Virus record (IMG/VR): IMGVR_UViG_3300046047_000272
Reading direction: 5' to 3' (one strand)
Length of the DNA stretch: 64,000 nt
DNA from: a virus
Taxonomy: Duplodnaviria > Heunggongvirae > Uroviricota > Caudoviricetes
The notes below the pieces were generated by a model that ran no database searches, was not told the origin of the DNA, and saw only the letters and a program-made list of their open reading frames with translations. Position numbers and translations under genes: made by a program. Numbering within the stretch: the stretch's first letter is position 1; each line of letters begins with the position of its first letter. This document shows positions 22,146-34,564 of this stretch, one piece after another.

Positions 22146-23318
22146 ATGGCTAGGACGCATCGTTACGGACAGGAAGCTGACGGATCATATAGTATCTGCA
22201 GAGCAAAGCCAGGCAATGAGGGAAAGCCACCCTGTACACACGTCATGGGTACACACGAGACCATGACCGAGTCTGAGTATCAGGACCGCATGGAGGCCAT
22301 CGCGGCCAAGACGGCTAGCAATAATCAGCCATCACTATACAAACATCCTCAAGGCGTCGCTATCTCGTCTACAGCAATCCTTGACCGTGGCCATAAGCTA
22401 GCCGAACGATTAGGACTCACAGGGTTAACAGGTGATGATAGGATAGTCAGAGAATACTTTACGAGCCAACACGATCAGAGGCGCTGCGATTATCATCATA
22501 TCAGTGGACCATTAGCTAAACGATTGACCCATGATGTTGCACCATGCTTCCCTGATGCAGCAGCCGTGTATCAGTCCGACAGGCCACTGGTCACGACGAT
22601 CATGCCGAAACCCGATAATGGTGTCAGGGGCTATTATCGTCAATACGTGGACAGACCACAGTACGAGCCAGTGACCTCATCGTCCCTCATATACGATGAC
22701 CTCGAACCAGGTGAAGCCATGCTTGACACCAATGGCGAACCAAGCATCGATCAGACGGGTAAACTGACCATTGATGGTCATCGAGTAAAGTTCAACCAAG
22801 CGATGCTGAAACAGGATGACGGCACGGTGATCACCGTATATGTACAGGGTCACCCGCGAGCGGACGATGATACAAGATACGTTACCAGTAAAGCCAAGCT
22901 GACCATCGTGAATGATTACGGTGATGACATTGAGTACCATGGCCCCGTGTACCAGGCTCTGAGTAAGACGACCATTGAGGCACAAGCGTCTGAGATAGCC
23001 GTTGTGAACACTGGTAACACCGCATTCAACCTGGATCGACTGACCCACGAGTACACGCATAGTCTTGTAGAGGGGAATACGACGCTCACGGATAGAGCCG
23101 TCAGCATGTTCAATGATCTCAAGGAGCATGACGGGTTCCCAAGGCTCGTTGAGGACCATCCTGAGTACATGGAGGAGAGTCCTGACGAGTTCATCGCTGA
23201 GGCATCATCAATGTTATTCCATCCATATGGTGAGCGAACCCTCCATAAACAGGATGAACGATCATTGAAGCTTCGTGATTGGACGTTAGGATACTGGGAC
23301 GCTGTTCAGCATGGCTAA
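22146..23318 (+). CDS. Zincin metallopeptidase-domain protein with N-terminal Cys/His module
   Basis: HEYTH plus downstream EFIAE; N-terminal DGSYSICRA...CTH. Confidence 0.65.
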   Translation: MARTHRYGQEADGSYSICRAKPGNEGKPPCTHVMGTHETMTESEYQDRMEAIAAKTASNNQPSLYKHPQGVAISSTAILDRGHKLAERLGLTGLTGDDRIVREYFTSQHDQRRCDYHHISGPLAKRLTHDVAPCFPDAAAVYQSDRPLVTTIMPKPDNGVRGYYRQYVDRPQYEPVTSSSLIYDDLEPGEAMLDTNGEPSIDQTGKLTIDGHRVKFNQAMLKQDDGTVITVYVQGHPRADDDTRYVTSKAKLTIVNDYGDDIEYHGPVYQALSKTTIEAQASEIAVVNTGNTAFNLDRLTHEYTHSLVEGNTTLTDRAVSMFNDLKEHDGFPRLVEDHPEYMEESPDEFIAEASSMLFHPYGERTLHKQDERSLKLRDWTLGYWDAVQHG

Positions 23319-23355
23319 TCTATTGATTAGATCCATGACATGAAGCGGCATCGTA

Positions 23356-23781
23356 TTATCTAATAGTCAGGATGGCCATGAAATTGGCTATAAAGATCAT
23401 AGCTGATATGATTATGCTGATCACGGTCTTCATGGTGGTCTTCGAGGAGTGTCTCAGGCTGAATTGAATGACCATATCAGCTATGAGCATGACGGATATA
23501 AAGACCATGATGCTCATTAGATACGATGGGGTCTTCATGGCCATCATCATAACGAGGATGACGATATTGACGACATTATGGATCATTGCTGGCAGCCAGT
23601 TCAGGGTCTTCGATGAGAACGCGTATCCAGGTAATGACACGCCATTGAGAACTGGCGGTACAAGTATCCTCGTACTCAGAACGCCATGCTCTGGATTCTT
23701 ATACAGGACTGATAACGATGCGATAATACTCAATATCTCGGTAATGAATATGATGGTGAAAACCATGGTTGACATCTGCAT
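23356..23781 (-). CDS. Membrane protein
   Basis: About 4 hydrophobic segments; RBS. Confidence 0.55.
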   Translation of the reverse strand: MQMSTMVFTIIFITEILSIIASLSVLYKNPEHGVLSTRILVPPVLNGVSLPGYAFSSKTLNWLPAMIHNVVNIVILVMMMAMKTPSYLMSIMVFISVMLIADMVIQFSLRHSSKTTMKTVISIIISAMIFIANFMAILTIR

Positions 23782-23859
23782 GATATATCCTCTCTACGAT
23801 ATGAATCATCATTGATGAGTGATTCTACATGCATCACTATATCATGTTCATGATCAATC

Positions 23860-24408
23860 CTATGCTACGGCGTGTCTAGTAGCCGCTAGCATGACGAGGA
23901 AGCTATAAGGATGACCCATACTAGCTTCACGTGATGCTACGACGAGCACGGGCATGGCCTCATGGATGGGTACCTGTTGCTCTACTGATAACACCGTCAT
24001 GGCTAGTATCGCTCCTAACCGTTTATTTCCATCAATCAGTACATGCATTTGATTCGCTGATCGTAGGAGCATAATGGCTAGTAATGACGATGGGATAGCC
24101 TCTCGCTGATCAGTCTGCATCGTCATCATAGCTGACATCACAGCAGACGAGAAGATGCGGTCAATGACATCATGCGTTGACGAGCCGTCCCTGGCTGCGA
24201 TGGTCATATTCACTACGGACAGACTGTCCATCACATCGTCTACCGTGGCTGGTCTTATCTGACGGTGATCAATGCTGGCAACGAGTGATGTATACAGGTC
24301 GTCTAATCGTTGATTAGCTTGCAATCCGGGATCATCATCGTCATCTGATGCTGATAGAAGTCCAGTCCAATCACGCATAGCGCTAACATCACGTTCGTCC
24401 ATCATCAC
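23860..24408 (-). CDS. Fic/Doc-like protein
   Basis: HVLIDGNKRLG variant of HxFxDGNKRxG. Confidence 0.7.
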   Translation of the reverse strand: MMMDERDVSAMRDWTGLLSASDDDDDPGLQANQRLDDLYTSLVASIDHRQIRPATVDDVMDSLSVVNMTIAARDGSSTHDVIDRIFSSAVMSAMMTMQTDQREAIPSSLLAIMLLRSANQMHVLIDGNKRLGAILAMTVLSVEQQVPIHEAMPVLVVASREASMGHPYSFLVMLAATRHAVA

Positions 24409-24449
24409 CCTCCTACTCTGTGTCCAATACTATCGTATCATTGATTGTA

Positions 24450-24920
24450 TCATGCGATAGCCGTCCTCACTGCGGCCGTGAAGGCATCTAGGAATGCTCG
24501 TGCCGTGGATTGGTTCTCAGGACCCCAGATGAGCGTGAAGTCATCAGCGTTATTTAGTAGGCGGTCATCAATGAGCTGGTTAATGATGGCCATAGCCTGG
24601 TCTCCAGTGATGATAGCTGCGGTGTCAGCGTTCGCATATTGCGATAAGTAATCGTTAATAGATGAGCCAGTCATCATGCCGTTCACATCGATCAGTGATA
24701 ATCCATCAATCGTAGTAACGTAAGCATGGATGAGCGTTGGCCGTGGGGTCGTCGTGTCCATCATGATGGTTACTGGGAGCCCGGTTACTCGATGCGTCTC
24801 AGAAGCGATGACGTTACACATGAGATTCATGCACGCTTCACGGAGATATGGCAGCTTGGTTGCATATGCGTCCGTTATCATAGCGATTGGGTCACTGGTC
24901 TCCGTCATGATGTTGTACAT
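24450..24920 (-). CDS. Hypothetical protein
   Basis: 156-aa ORF with C...HAY...ID pattern. Confidence 0.55.
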   Translation of the reverse strand: MYNIMTETSDPIAMITDAYATKLPYLREACMNLMCNVIASETHRVTGLPVTIMMDTTTPRPTLIHAYVTTIDGLSLIDVNGMMTGSSINDYLSQYANADTAAIITGDQAMAIINQLIDDRLLNNADDFTLIWGPENQSTARAFLDAFTAAVRTAIA

Positions 24921-25313
24921 GTGTCTAAGTATACATCTGAGGACGATTAGACACGCTAAGCGTAGTCATGAGCTGGATGATGATATAGGTAGTACTGGTC
25001 ATATGAAATTGGGCGATGAGTAAAGAGCAATATTCGATAGGAAGAAGGTGATGATGGTGACTAGGACAACGGTGAACAATCATCGTGGTCAGTGTATTGA
25101 CGATGACCATGGACATGAATATGGGTCTAATGGCGTGGTTACGGCTGAGCTGAATGGCATGAGACGAGCATATCATAGTGGATATGATATTCAGGATGAT
25201 GATCAACCATCATATAAGCGGAATCACGCTTATCGTGACATTATTTAGCATTGACTGATCATATCGTTCAAAGGCCGAGGCAGTATGTTGCCTCGGCCTT
25301 TCTGATCACCGCA

Positions 25314-27536
25314 TTATGCCTTCGCGGATAATTCATCCTTGAATATCGTCATGAGATGCTGATACCGCTTGACAACATCAAGCATAGCTGACATGCCAAC
25401 CGTCGCATCAATGCCCTGCAACCCATCATAATCGCCGGTCTCAGAGGCCGTCACAGCAGATAATAGCTTCACTCTAGCGTCATCAGAGAGCATAGACACG
25501 TAATCTCGAATATTGGCATGATCCTGCTCATCGTCATCTGGAGCATCGACTGGTGGCCATGATGTCTCTGATTGAGCAACAACCTGGACGTGACGCTTGA
25601 CTTCAGGATAATCGCCAGCGGAGTATTCTGACTCCTGATACTCAGTGAGCCCCTGTTCCCATGGTATAGCATAATAATGACCATCAAGATCTACAATCGT
25701 GGTGACTGTTCTTGACCACCGACGATCATCACCCTCGAATCGATCAACCTCGTATTCGTTCACGGCTAATTCTGCTTCTTTCTCCGTGAAATGCCTCGTT
25801 GCGGGCTGTGTCTTCCCTGTACTCATTCGTGATCACTCCTTTTCCGTTGTTGCTTCAGATGCATCAAAACTCGCCAGTACAGTCCTAGCCTGTTCCAGCA
25901 TATCGTCATATGAGCGACCATACACCATTGGCCAGACATCTGAGTCATAATTCAGCGTCCACTTCTTCGAACCATAGACGGGATAATGTGATATGGGCGT
26001 CCTACGTCGACGCCGATCTGATGGATACCTCGGTGACGTTGCACCATCATATGGGTGGACAAGCTCAGAAATACGATAACCGTCATGGATCATCACCGAT
26101 CCAATGGCATTCGGCTCAGGATTCGGACTATGATCGTTATAACCAAGAACCTCCTTGATCAGCAAGCCAAGTGACCTGCTGATTGGCTTGTTGGCCATGA
26201 TGTCAGCAACCGTACGAGTCGTCTTCTCAATGATTCGATAATCAACACGATCCGTGATCTCACGAGTCTCATCGACGCTGTACTTACTCTTCATGAAATC
26301 AGAAAGATCAGCATATTGCGTTGCACTGATGCTTGAAGGAAGGAGATGGTCATGGCTCTCAAGTTTATACGTCGATTGTTGCTTAGCTGTAAGATTCAAC
26401 CTATACGCAACGGCCTGTTCAAGAACTTGGTCTGTAACGTCATCGAAAATAAATCTAACTGGTAATGACGTCCAAGTATACTTGTTGTCCTGCGGTCCTT
26501 CAGCAAGCACACGACCATGATTATCAATCAGAGACATGCCAGCAACCTTAAACGCCTGATCCCAATCACTATTTGATGTTCCGACAATGACAACCGTGAT
26601 TTGATGATACTCACGATCCAATGAGATCACAGCCATATGGTCATCTGATGAATCGCCATGATCATGCACAGCATCAGAGGGGTCGGCTACTCTACTGAGC
26701 GTATCATCAGTAGCAGGATCAGCTGGTGCAGTATCGGTCGCCACGGCATCCTGATGCTGATCGTACAGATCATGATATGCTTCATCAAGACGTGCATTGA
26801 TGGTCGCTTCAATGGCCTCGTAGGACTCCTGCATCATGGTATGAGCTTTGATGACCTCGTTTCTAGGAGCATGATCACGGCCAGTCACAAGGTCAGCTAG
26901 ACGCGTATCTGCTGGCTTGTTCAATCCAATGACGTACTTATCCAGAATGCCGTCAGTCTCGCCCCAGGCCACGGTTAGCGCGTGATCCTTAGCATGGAGG
27001 GCCATGTACCTGTAGACAGCCTTCTCAGGAGCCACGACGATTCTATGGCGTGGATGACGTAAGCGCTCCTCTGTAGCCGTTCGGATGCTGCCATCGTCGT
27101 ACATGACGATTCTCGTACCCTGATCACCATCATCAATCAGTCGGCCAGCAGCTCGAAGAGGGACCTCGTTCCTCTGAGCGTAATCCGCCAGAAGCGTCTT
27201 AGGCATGATCGATACGTTCTTATCAATGAAGACGCCTTCACGCTTTAAGAAGGCCTGTCGATTAAAAGAATCGTATTGATATACTCCCGGTATCCACACG
27301 ACGCCATCTGAATAACCATCATAGTAGACCATCGTTTGCTGTTGACTCATGCTTATATTCCAATCGTAGATCACTGTATGACGAATACCTATATAACCAT
27401 TATATGTCTCAAATCCTGCGCTGTCAACAGTAACCATGAGCTGATATCGTGTATACATGGACTCCAGAGTCCCCGTGACTAGGGTCCTAGGATCGTCGAT
27501 GACCAACGATCTGCTTGATGATGCTGACATCATCAT
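25314..27536 (-). other. Two hypothetical CDS (25833-27536, 567 aa; 25314-25826) followed by a hairpin terminator at ~25270-25301
   Basis: Long ORFs; AAAGGCCGAGGCA/TGCCTCGGCCTTT. Confidence 0.7.
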
Positions 27537-27580
27537 GACATCAATAGGCTTCGGCCATAAGTAAAAAGAAGGACACCATT

Positions 27581-28303
27581 ATGCAGACCACGCATCAACA
27601 CACGATTCATTGGAAGACCGTTAACCGTCATCACGCAACTATAGGATTAGATAGACATCATGATAGCGCGTTCCTGGATGTCAGGAATTCGCACGCCATC
27701 ATCACAGGTGATCATATTCCAGACATCCTGGACACAATGCATCATCTCGTCAGCCAAATGTCTTCCTTAGGGAATATCATGACCGACGACATCATCAGCC
27801 TCTCAGATGTGATCGCCCAAGCAAAGAAGAGGATCATGGACGTCTACGAGTGGGCTACCGAGCACAGGAATCCAGCAACCAATGCTGTGTATACGGTCTT
27901 GCCATCATCAATTCGCATGAACTTCGTTATCATCAATATCTGCAATCATGTACAACCACTCAGTGAAGAGGACATGACTGATCTCTCGACTATTGCACGA
28001 TTAGGTAGATACGCGCGTGTCTTCCTCGTCATTGTGGCTCATACATCACAATTATCGAGTCTGGATAATGAGATCATCATGAATACGGCGAATCGAATCA
28101 TCGTAGGTCCGACGAACCTGCCTAGCGTATACGCTTTACTGCAAGGCACATCAAGCATGGACACACCACGGCAAGCAGGCATCCTCAGCGTGTATCGGAA
28201 GGAGAAGGGCTTCATCATACCAAGAGATGATCTCCCATGGTATGATCGGTCATGGAAGAGTAAAGGCCTGTTAGCAGAACCAGCCTCTCGACAAGATGAC
28301 TAG
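27581..28303 (+). CDS. Degenerate FtsK-like P-loop domain protein (no Walker A)
   Basis: IARLGRYARVFLVIVA, IIMNTANRI. Confidence 0.5.
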   Translation: MQTTHQHTIHWKTVNRHHATIGLDRHHDSAFLDVRNSHAIITGDHIPDILDTMHHLVSQMSSLGNIMTDDIISLSDVIAQAKKRIMDVYEWATEHRNPATNAVYTVLPSSIRMNFVIINICNHVQPLSEEDMTDLSTIARLGRYARVFLVIVAHTSQLSSLDNEIIMNTANRIIVGPTNLPSVYALLQGTSSMDTPRQAGILSVYRKEKGFIIPRDDLPWYDRSWKSKGLLAEPASRQDD

Positions 28304-28803
28304 CTGTTCAGATTCCGATTCACACTATATCGATATGGTAGCTGGTATCGCTGATTCAGCGTGGTCAGTCGAGCGCACAGATTCGGTGCATCGCCCTCAT
28401 TGATCGTCATATAAGGCATCTGATATCTGCCTACGACCTCATGACCCTCATACAGGGTGACACTGACCACATCACGGTATCCCAGTCTGGCAATGAACCT
28501 ATCGAAAGGCGTGTCGTAATCATGTTCTTCATCAGCATCGATATGATCACTCACTGTTGGTACACGACCATCAACCGCAGGATGGAGGGTGGCTCCCTGC
28601 CAGTCAAGGACGGTCGCATGATCATCCATATACAACTCGAATGACGAGCATGTCTGATTATTGGTCATGAAACCGTCTGACACGGTGATGTTCCGATAAA
28701 TACCCCTTATCTGAACTCGAGCATGATCATCGATGAGCACGCTGATGACCTCACCGTTCTCCGTGTGCAATTGGATACGATATGATGTGGTGTCATCAGG
28801 CAT
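28300..28803 (-). CDS. Hypothetical protein
   Basis: 167-aa ORF with GGAGG RBS. Confidence 0.6.
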   Translation of the reverse strand: MPDDTTSYRIQLHTENGEVISVLIDDHARVQIRGIYRNITVSDGFMTNNQTCSSFELYMDDHATVLDWQGATLHPAVDGRVPTVSDHIDADEEHDYDTPFDRFIARLGYRDVVSVTLYEGHEVVGRYQMPYMTINEGDAPNLCARLTTLNQRYQLPYRYSVNRNLNS

Positions 28804-29024
28804 GATAGGAATCCCTCCAATGGGTTAATCATTGACGCTGCGCAAGGATGATTACAGGCGTATGTCAGCATTATACCATCCCGGCCAGCGTCAGTATTTG
28901 TTCATATATACGATTACTCTACGGTCAACGACAGGCTACCGACTGTCGTCTGAGCGGCGGTAGGCCACATGGCGTCTATGCAAGGACGATTCAGCTCTCT
29001 TGATCTGCGACCATGACGCTAAGA

Positions 29025-29833
29025 CTAATGCCGCCAGTGCAGAGCATCCATGAGATCAATGTCTTCTCCTGGGGTAGCACCATCGACGAGTATCCAATCA
29101 TAATGATAATGATCATCAATGGTGAGGTAGAGCACGTCGCCATTCGTGAAGACGAAGGTCAATCCTTCCGGGATGATCGTTGGCTCGCGCTCATTGACCA
29201 TCTTATCCTCGGCCTCATTCAAGAGCCTATCCAGCGTCGTGGTGTAATGCATCCAACCGACCCTGACGACATCTTGCTCTTGATGGCCATTCTTAGTGAT
29301 GACTACTCGTAGGTACTCGTCTAATGGAATGACTCGACCATAGATCTTATCAGCAGTTTTCATCACAGGCCTCTCTCAATTGCACTACACGTTTTTTGTT
29401 GATATAAGCATCATATCATACACATGAATGAGACACGCCGAATCACCATGATCATCATTGATCAGGGTAATGGTTATCCTCATGACGCCCAGTTCAGAAC
29501 GTCCATGAGATCAATGTCCTTTCCTGTGCCCGCCCCCTTGACGACCATCCATTCAGGATGCTCGTTATCATACTGATCAGTAGTATGCGTTAGGAACAAT
29601 ACGTCCCCATTTGTGAAGACGAAGGTCAATCCTTCTGGTATGAGCATTGGTTCGTGCTCATTGACCATCTTATCCTTAGCCTCCTTCATGAGCCTATCCA
29701 GAGTCGTGGTGTAATGATTCCAACCGACTCTAATGACATCCTTCTCCTGGTAGTCATTATCGGAGATAATGGACCGCAGATACTCGTCCAATGGTAGCAC
29801 ATGACCGCCTATTTCGTATCCATACTTATCCAT
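29025..29833 (-). other. Tandem paralogous CDS pair (29025-29366, 29480-29833) duplicated together with their promoters
   Basis: Shared PLDEYLR...RVGW.HYTTTLDRL...IPEGLTFVFTNGDVL; ~47-bp upstream repeat at ~29428 and ~29892. Confidence 0.85.
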
Positions 29834-29949
29834 GATCATTCTCCTCTTCCTCATAATGGGTTTTATAATGATCATCCTATCATATAGATACATGAGACAC
29901 GCCGGATCACCATGATCATCATTGATCAGGGTAATGGTGAAAGAATGTG

Positions 29950-30129
29950 TGGAAGGCCGGAGGTGCTGTCCCGGGCACCGCCCTTCTTTACGCAACGATT
30001 ATCAGACATCAGGTATTTCAACCTAGGATTCATCCGCTGCATCCCTCGCTAAGGCCTTGCAATGCCGAGTAGCTTCATGCTGTGTGCATTCACGCGATGA
30101 ATTTCGATGCCCTATCCGTCGCAACCAAC
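29950..30129 (-). ncRNA. Candidate ~180-nt structured ncRNA
   Basis: TTGACA(30165-30160)-17-TATAGT promoter; no convincing ORF; nested stems with G-U pairs on the minus strand; terminal hairpin. Confidence 0.55.
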
Positions 30130-30254
30130 AAGAATGACTATACGTGGCCGCGGTCATCATGTCAACACGGCGTGTCGTCATACGCAGATCATGATAGATC
30201 AGACAATAGCCCCATATGATGTGGTGGATGGCCCTCAGCCACCTCTCAGACGCA

Positions 30255-31336
30255 CAGAACCGCCGGTCTATCGGATGTAGAGCTAGTACTAGTATAATTA
30301 CTGATCCTCGTGGCTGCGTCCGAGGACGGCGGCATAGAATCATTATTAGAGGAATGGTTACATCTTTCATCATCTCATCAATCGCTTGTCATGAGATCAG
30401 GGACGGTCTATTATTGTGTGGAGGATATGACGATAGTCCTATGAGTGAGGATTAATGACGATGGGTCTAGTGATGATGACTAGCGTATGTCCATGTCCAG
30501 GGGTGATGTGAGCAGGAGCTTGCTGTGTGGTTGCTCCTGCTGGATGGATGGACGCTCCTGCAAAGCGTATTCCTAGGATATGCTTCCTCTTGGACACGGT
30601 TTATCGTTGCAGTGCCGCGGTTCCTGAAAATCACTTCTGCACGCTAAAACATGATGTTCTCCACTAGTTCTACGGGGCCAATGGACTCGCTGATCATTGC
30701 CATTCCATGCCTCTCACGTAATCTGTGTTCTCGTCACTGAGGATGACCATATGATCGTGTTGAGAGGCACAGAACCGCCGGTCTATAGGATGCAGAGCCA
30801 GTACTAGTATAAAATTACTGATCCTCGTAGCAGCGTCCTAGGACGGCGGCTTAGCATCACGTCTATGGGTAGGTTCATATAATGATCCGCTTGGATTGAT
30901 TCATCATACTAGGAATAGGAGCGGGATTGCCTATCATTATCATTGAGGTGCTGCTTAGGGTATCATTGAGGTGCTGCTTAGGGTATCATTGAGGGTCAGT
31001 GACGGAGTGGGCCCTCGTGGCTGGGCGCTCCTGCAGAGCGTATTCCTAGGATATGCTTCCTCGTGCACACGCTCTATCGTTGCGATGCCGCGGTTCCTGA
31101 AAATCGCTTCTGCACTCTAGAACATGATGTTATCCACTAGTTCTAAGGAGCCATTGACCCTGATAATTGTTGCAGCTTCGTGGTTCTAGCATGATCTGCA
31201 TCCTCGTCGCTGAGGAATGACGGTGAGATCGTGTTGAGACGCTCAGAACCGCCGGTCTAACAGCCGCAGACCCCGTATCCGTGTAATTATTGATCCTAGC
31301 AACTCGATCCGAGGACGGCGGCTTAGCGTCACGTCT
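30255..31336 (+). repeat. A6 - variable - B4-A7 (30554-30864) - variable - B5-A8 (31027-31336)
   Basis: Alignment with the 4.4-6.3 kb copies. Confidence 0.95.
30938..30994 (+). repeat. 23-bp tandem repeat x2.5 inside a variable segment
   Basis: TATCATTGAGGTGCTGCTTAGGG repeated. Confidence 0.9.
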
Positions 31337-31478
31337 GTCAATAGCGTGAGTACATATCGTAGAGATAGCTTCACTGAGCGGATATGATGCTTATATGGTA
31401 TTATGATCATTGTGAGGAATGCGTAATCGTACGACCATGATGTCTTGACTGAGCTGAGAACAATGAAGGAGCGTTGAG

Positions 31479-31952
31479 ATGAGTAAGATTTTCGTCGCGT
31501 TGCATCGTCCTGATCTTAGGGATGATGCTATGATTGATGTCTTCATCGCTGGTGGCATATCAAATTGCGCTGATTGGCAGTCCACAGCGATGCGTGAACT
31601 CGATGGTGACGATGATGTGATCATCATGAATCCAAGGCGTCAGACAGGATTCGCTAAGACGGGTTCTTCCGCCGCTCAGCAGATTGCCTGGGAGCATGAG
31701 TATCTGAGTAAGGCGCGATGCATTCTCTTCTGGTTCCCGGCATCAAGTATCTGTCCAATAACGTTATACGAGCTTGGCTGGGCTATATCACAACCAGGAA
31801 AGAAGATCATCGTTGGCTATGAGCCTGGATATGCTCGATCCTTCGATATTCTCACGCAGCTTCACCTAGCCGCACCATCGATTCATGTTCACGATGATTT
31901 GCAGGATGTCCTTCAGGAGACGAAGGATTACCTCTCGTCTACGCATCGTTGA
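31479..31952 (+). CDS. Nucleoside 2-deoxyribosyltransferase-like protein
   Basis: FIAGGISNCADWQ, NPRR, QIAWEH, ILFWFP, PITLYELG. Confidence 0.85.
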   Translation: MSKIFVALHRPDLRDDAMIDVFIAGGISNCADWQSTAMRELDGDDDVIIMNPRRQTGFAKTGSSAAQQIAWEHEYLSKARCILFWFPASSICPITLYELGWAISQPGKKIIVGYEPGYARSFDILTQLHLAAPSIHVHDDLQDVLQETKDYLSSTHR

Positions 31953-32010
31953 TGATCGCGAGTTAACCGTCGGCAAGCGTGCCACCAATATGTACAAAGA
32001 AGGAGTCATC

Positions 32011-32568
32011 ATGCAGGATCGTTATGTTATTTTTGATTTAGAGGCCTCATGTGATCATGATAATTCGACAATGACGATGGAGACCATCGAGATTGGCGCC
32101 GTGGACACTGAAGGCCATGTCTTCGATAGTTTCGTGAAGCCGATCGTCAATCCTATCCTCACTGACTATTGTCAAGATCTGACGTCTATCACGCAGGCTG
32201 ATGTTGACGCTGCTGAGACGTTTCCACATGTCTGGCCGTCGTTCCTCGATTTCGTCGGATCATCTCCGATGCTGTCATGGGGTGCCTATGATCGTCGACA
32301 GCTCTTATCAGACCTCCACTTGCATCACATCACGGAGGGTGTGGATGTGGTCAATCATCAGCATATGAACCTGAAGGATTATTATCGTGTAATCATGCAT
32401 CGAAGGGCTAAGGGCATGGACGCTGAGCTGAGAAGATTACAGTTGCCATTAGATGGTGTCCATCATAGGGGCGTTGATGACGCGAAGAATCTGTTGAAGA
32501 TCTTCAACTATCTCCTCGACCGGTCTCACGGCGAGCTGCCAGATCGTCTTGAGATGGAAAGACCTTGA
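32011..32568 (+). CDS. DEDDh 3'-5' exonuclease (ERI-1/KapD-like)
   Basis: IFDLEA, IEIGAV, SWGAYD, HHRGVDDAKN. Confidence 0.9.
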   Translation: MQDRYVIFDLEASCDHDNSTMTMETIEIGAVDTEGHVFDSFVKPIVNPILTDYCQDLTSITQADVDAAETFPHVWPSFLDFVGSSPMLSWGAYDRRQLLSDLHLHHITEGVDVVNHQHMNLKDYYRVIMHRRAKGMDAELRRLQLPLDGVHHRGVDDAKNLLKIFNYLLDRSHGELPDRLEMERP

Positions 32569-32788
32569 CGTTATGATCGGTGGTGTACTGACATGGCCGT
32601 CAGTGCGTTAGCTCTATCGAGCCAGTCTGACGTAAGGTCAACTGTTAGAAGATGAGGTGCATCCTTATCAGTACTATCTTACGAGATGATCATATCAAGA
32701 CGACGTGTCTAATCCATGATTGAGGTGTGGTCGAATCGTCATCTATCGATATCTTGTCAATAGGATAGATAAGCGATAGGAGTATACG

Positions 32789-33268
32789 ATGATGATTAGT
32801 GTTAGTGTCCTCATGACGGTTGGCTGCATGATGGTCATCCTTGCAGCCATGGCTATCATGGTTGAGCGGCCACGGTCTATCGGATCTTATATAGTGAGTT
32901 GGCTCACGATCATAGGATCAATCGTCTGGTTGGCGAGCACAATGATGATCATCACCGATCCATTGAAGACGAATGTGAGCATTCCTGTGGCACTCATCAG
33001 TATCATAGGAGGATTAGCCTTCATGATGGCTGGTGTCGTCTTCATCATCATTGGCTGTCTCGCCATAGGATCAACCACGATGATCATGCATCGTTCACGA
33101 GAATCGAGTCATCAGTCAGCTTCCCGTTGGCTCCGAGCTATGATGATGCAAGCATTAGAAGTATGCGATCACCCCAGATCATATCATGTCGTTGACGCGG
33201 CGGCCTTCTATGACACCTATGGTGACATCACAATCACGCAGTGGGTTCGTCGGGGATTATCAGCATAA
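32789..33268 (+). CDS. Membrane protein
   Basis: Three hydrophobic segments; AGGAG RBS. Confidence 0.55.
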   Translation: MMISVSVLMTVGCMMVILAAMAIMVERPRSIGSYIVSWLTIIGSIVWLASTMMIITDPLKTNVSIPVALISIIGGLAFMMAGVVFIIIGCLAIGSTTMIMHRSRESSHQSASRWLRAMMMQALEVCDHPRSYHVVDAAAFYDTYGDITITQWVRRGLSA

Positions 33269-33477
33269 TAGTGATGGTGTCAGCATTCTCGGTATAATCA
33301 TCACATAGGCGTTTATTGGAGAGTATCAATCACATGGATACGATGATCATCATTGGATCAGTAGCTATTATGTTGAACATCATGGCCTTAGCATGGCTAT
33401 GCCTTACGGCTTATCGATGCCATAAGGATACGATTCATCATGTATCGTGATGAGCTCTATGTTTGATTTGATGATTG

Positions 33478-34538
33478 TTAATGCATATTAGACACGATCT
33501 GGTCGATGTGATAATTGATCCTCGACAAGGTTGACCGATCCGAGCTGATCGTCATATGATCCTGATTCAACGTGACGAGTTGATCGTGCATATGGACAAG
33601 ATGTCCAAGCATATCTCTCATACTTTTGATCACAATTGTTGACTTAGTATCGAGAGCATGATCGTGGGCATTCATAAGATCGTGTTGAAGGATCTTAATA
33701 TCGTCCTTTGTGGCATCATTCAATCCAATATTATCGATGAGTTGAAGATTGTCGTGAATTAGGTCAAGGCATTGATGATAGATGTCATCACTATGATTCC
33801 CATGATCAGCGAGTCTAGTAATGACCTCGTCTTTCCTAAGATCGTATTCTGGATTCAATGATGATAATCTCTTACGAGCAATGATAAAGAAACGATTCAC
33901 GATAATGTCGATTTGGTCATGCGATAATGCTATTGGTGACCATATGGTCAGATCCTGTAGATCGTGCTGGCGTGAATGATACTCGTATCCAAAATCATGT
34001 AGATCTGTCTCTCTAATATGAAGATGATCCGAGGTGTCCTGAGCATTCATCGTTGAGATAATAACGGTCTGTTCCTGATGCTGATCATTAAGAACGGTCT
34101 GCGTGGTGATATAGTCCTGAACGATGGTGTCATCCCTGGCGATATTATCCATTATGGTAATTGATGTCATCATGAGTATCCCAGGAAGCAGGAAGATGAA
34201 AGACGGTAATGCTGTTAGTCCAGCAAATATTGGTATGAATGCGCCTAATAGGGAGACGTCATAGATATAACCACGCCTACAGCAGGTATCAGGGAATCAC
34301 CCCAGCGTCCATATGACCGTATGATCTTCAATAAATATCGGCCTTTTCTATGAGCCATCATCCAGGTCATGAATCGTGACGTTCTAGAAGAAATCTTAGA
34401 TTTCATCCAACGCCAGATCGTATTGGTCTTATTGTTCTTACTATGGATGATTTTCTTCCGAGAATCCTCAGATATAGACGAATACGCTATTCTTTGTTGT
34501 CCAGTCAACACTTGGTGTAATTGTTGTAATGCGGACAT
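33478..34538 (-). CDS. Membrane protein paralogue of 34565-35659, split by a frameshift in a C run near 34250
   Basis: Shared YSSISE/DESRK, PSFI, TVIISTM, TIWSP, RLSSL motifs across both frames. Confidence 0.7.
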
Positions 34539-34564
34539 AGACGTCTCCTCTCCTATGGTTATGT

